Below are positions 1-555 of a DNA stretch of 555 bases, piece after piece. The position numbers and the translations under genes are program-made. Positions within the stretch are counted from its first letter, which is position 1; the number at the start of each line of letters is the position of its first letter. The DNA lies in the sequence record EF517107.1, one strand, 5' to 3'. This stretch comes from a phage. The notes under the pieces were generated by a model, which ran no database searches, was not told the DNA's origin, and saw only the letters and a program-made list of their open reading frames with translations.

Positions 1-5
1 TAGAG

Positions 6-20
6 TGCATAAAGTATGCA
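6..20. repeat. Inverted repeat TGCATA-AAG-TATGCA in the leader
   Basis: 6-bp arms that are exact reverse complements, separated by 3 nt; AT-rich, so weak as a hairpin; significance unknown. Confidence 0.4.
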
Positions 21-97
21 TAATGGTGTACCTAGAGTGACCTCTAAGAATGGTGATTATATTGTATTAGTATCACCTTAACTTAAGGATCAACATA

Positions 98-107
98 AAG
101 GGAGGAG
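98..107 (+). promoter_or_regulatory. Ribosome-binding site (Shine-Dalgarno) for the downstream small ORF
   Basis: Purine-rich AAGGGAGGAG with core GGAGG at 101-105, 6 nt before the ATG at 112; strong match to the anti-SD and typical of T7 late-gene translation initiation regions. Confidence 0.75.
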
Positions 108-111
108 ACTC

Positions 112-261
112 ATGTTCCGCTTATTGTTGAACCTACTGCGGCATAGAGTCACCTACCGATTTCTTGTGGTACTTTGTGCTGCCCTTGAGTACGCATCTCT
201 TACTGAAGACCTCAGTTCACTGGAGTGTGTCGTTTGCTCTATACTCACTTGTAGCGATTAG
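112..261 (+). CDS. 19.5: Small hypothetical protein, 49 aa, T7 gene 19.5-like (function unknown)
   Basis: ATG at 112 preceded by GGAGG with 6-nt spacing; open frame to TAG at 259-261; in-frame upstream stop TAA at 79-81, so 112 is the first in-frame ATG. Hand translation: MFRLLLNLLRHRVTYRFLVVLCAALEYASLTEDLSSLECVVCSILTCSD. Length and position about 240 bp upstream of the terminal repeat match T7 gene 19.5 as I recall it; identity not verified by alignment. Confidence 0.8.
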   Translation: MFRLLLNLLRHRVTYRFLVVLCAALEYASLTEDLSSLECVVCSILTCSD

Positions 262-343
262 GGTCTTCCTGACCGACTGATGGCTCACCGAGAGATTCAG
301 CGGTATGATTGCATCACACCACTTCATCCCTATAGAGTCAAGT

Positions 344-363
344 CCTAAGGTATACCCATAAAG
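344..363. repeat. Imperfect direct repeat, unit A (CCTAAGGTATACCCATAAAG)
   Basis: Shares CCTAAGGT..ATACC..TAAAG with unit B at 381-400, differing by small indels; carries the heptamer CCTAAGG at 344-350. Confidence 0.6.
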
Positions 364-380
364 AGCCTCTAATGGTCTAT

Positions 381-400
381 CCTAAGGTCTATACCTAAAG
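381..400. repeat. Imperfect direct repeat, unit B (CCTAAGGTCTATACCTAAAG)
   Basis: Near-copy of unit A, 37 bp downstream; carries heptamers CCTAAGG (381-387) and CCTAAAG (394-400). Confidence 0.6.
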
Positions 401-414
401 ATAGGCCATCCTAT

Positions 415-429
415 CAGTGTCACCTAAAG
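415..429. repeat. Composite motif CAGTGT + CACCTAAAG (member of the CCTAAAG repeat family)
   Basis: CAGTGTCACCTAAAG; a related arrangement CAGTGTACGGACCTAAAG occurs at 506-523 inside the terminal repeat, and TAGAGTGACCTCTAAG at 33-48. Confidence 0.5.
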
Positions 430-500
430 AGGGTCTTAGAGAGGGCCTATGGAGTTCCTATAGGGTCCTTTAAAATATACCATAAAAATCTGAGTGACTA

Positions 501-555
501 TCTCACAGTGTACGGACCTAAAGTTCCCCCATAGGGGGTACCTAAAACCCAGCCA
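501..555. repeat. First 55 bp of the direct terminal repeat of a T7-type genome (genome-end sequence)
   Basis: TCTCACAGTGTACGGACCTAAAGTTCCCCCATAGGGGGTACCTAAA.CCCAGCCA matches the sequence at the physical left end of T7 DNA, which is duplicated at the right end as the terminal repeat (recalled, not aligned). One position, 547, differs from what I recall for T7. The window ends before the repeat does. Confidence 0.75.
526..538. repeat. GC-only inverted repeat CCCCC-ATA-GGGGG inside the terminal repeat
   Basis: Five C (526-530), ATA (531-533), five G (534-538); a perfect 5-bp G:C stem with a 3-nt loop, starting 26 bp from the beginning of the repeat. Confidence 0.6.

Larger units (their letters stand above)
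262..500. other. Non-coding region between gene 19.5 and the right terminal repeat; candidate cis-acting region for concatemer processing and packaging
   Basis: No ORF with a credible start or RBS on either strand (the + strand is punctuated by TAA/TAG, the minus strand by frequent CTA/TTA/TCA). Dense short degenerate repeats. In T7-type phages, sequences flanking the concatemer junction are known to be needed for right-end maturation and packaging; the exact element boundaries cannot be read from the sequence alone. Confidence 0.45.

Noticed and set aside
16-81. + strand ORF of 21 codons (ATG 16 to TAA 79-81), with other short ORFs starting at 23, 50 and 305
   Set aside because: No RBS, very short, and low-complexity AT-rich content; consistent with random open frames in leader sequence.
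262-330. Rho-independent terminator downstream of gene 19.5
   Set aside because: No GC-rich stem followed by a T-tract. The only candidate structure (272-304) is bulged and lacks a U-run.
328-345. T7-promoter-like sequence on the minus strand (GGACTTGACTCTATAGGGATGA)
   Set aside because: Relative to the consensus TAATACGACTCACTATAGGGAGA it lacks 2 nt between GACTC and TATAGGG and has no match to the upstream TAATAC specificity region; T7 RNA polymerase promoters do not tolerate such spacing changes, so it is probably non-functional.
280-348. + strand ORF of 22 codons (ATG 280 to TAA 346-348), MAHREIQRYDCITPLHPYRVKS
   Set aside because: No Shine-Dalgarno sequence upstream (CCGACTG), very short, and it runs into the repeat-dense region; most likely a chance ORF.
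457-469. TATAGGG on the + strand (CCTATAGGGTCC) as a possible T7 promoter initiation region
   Set aside because: Only the TATAGGG core matches; the upstream sequence GGAGTTCC bears no resemblance to CGACTCAC. Better explained as the 8-bp palindrome CCTATAGG, part of the CCTA/TAGG-rich repeat region.
488-494. ATCTGAG as a candidate T7 RNA polymerase class II pause/termination signal
   Set aside because: The class II signal requires ATCTGTT; this is ATCTGAG. The genuine concatemer-junction signal in T7 lies deeper in the terminal repeat, beyond the end of this window.
344-547. CRISPR array or tandem satellite interpretation of the heptamer repeats
   Set aside because: The repeats are 7 bp, degenerate and irregularly spaced, with no 25-40 bp repeat-spacer periodicity; incompatible with CRISPR architecture.
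1-555. Novel defence, anti-defence or other undescribed system
   Set aside because: The window is fully accounted for by one small known phage ORF plus well-known genome-end sequence. 555 bp with a single 49-aa ORF cannot encode a multi-component system, and nothing in the sequence supports one.

Overview
This window reads as the right end of a T7-type podophage genome (Teseptimavirus; near-identical to coliphage T7 as far as I can recall it). It has three parts. (1) Bases 1-111 are a non-coding leader ending in a strong Shine-Dalgarno site. (2) Bases 112-261 are one small + strand ORF of 49 codons, which I recognise as T7 gene 19.5, a small protein of unknown function. (3) Bases 262-500 are a non-coding stretch dense in short degenerate CCTAAAG/CCTAAGG-type repeats, running into the first 55 bp of the direct terminal repeat, which begins at 501 with the canonical T7 genome-end sequence TCTCACAGTGTACGGACCTAAAGTTCCCCCATAGGGGG. 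From memory, and unverified, this is roughly T7 coordinates 39.28-39.83 kb; the phiOR promoter would lie just upstream of the window, and the class II pause/termination signal (ATCTGTT) further into the terminal repeat, beyond the window. I see no RNA genes, CRISPR array, mobile element or minus-strand gene. I find no evidence of a previously undescribed system: the window is a well-studied phage genome end. The open questions are the function of the gp19.5-like protein, the role of the repeat family next to the terminal repeat, and one apparent base difference from the T7 reference inside the repeat. All identity claims rest on recall and need an alignment to confirm.
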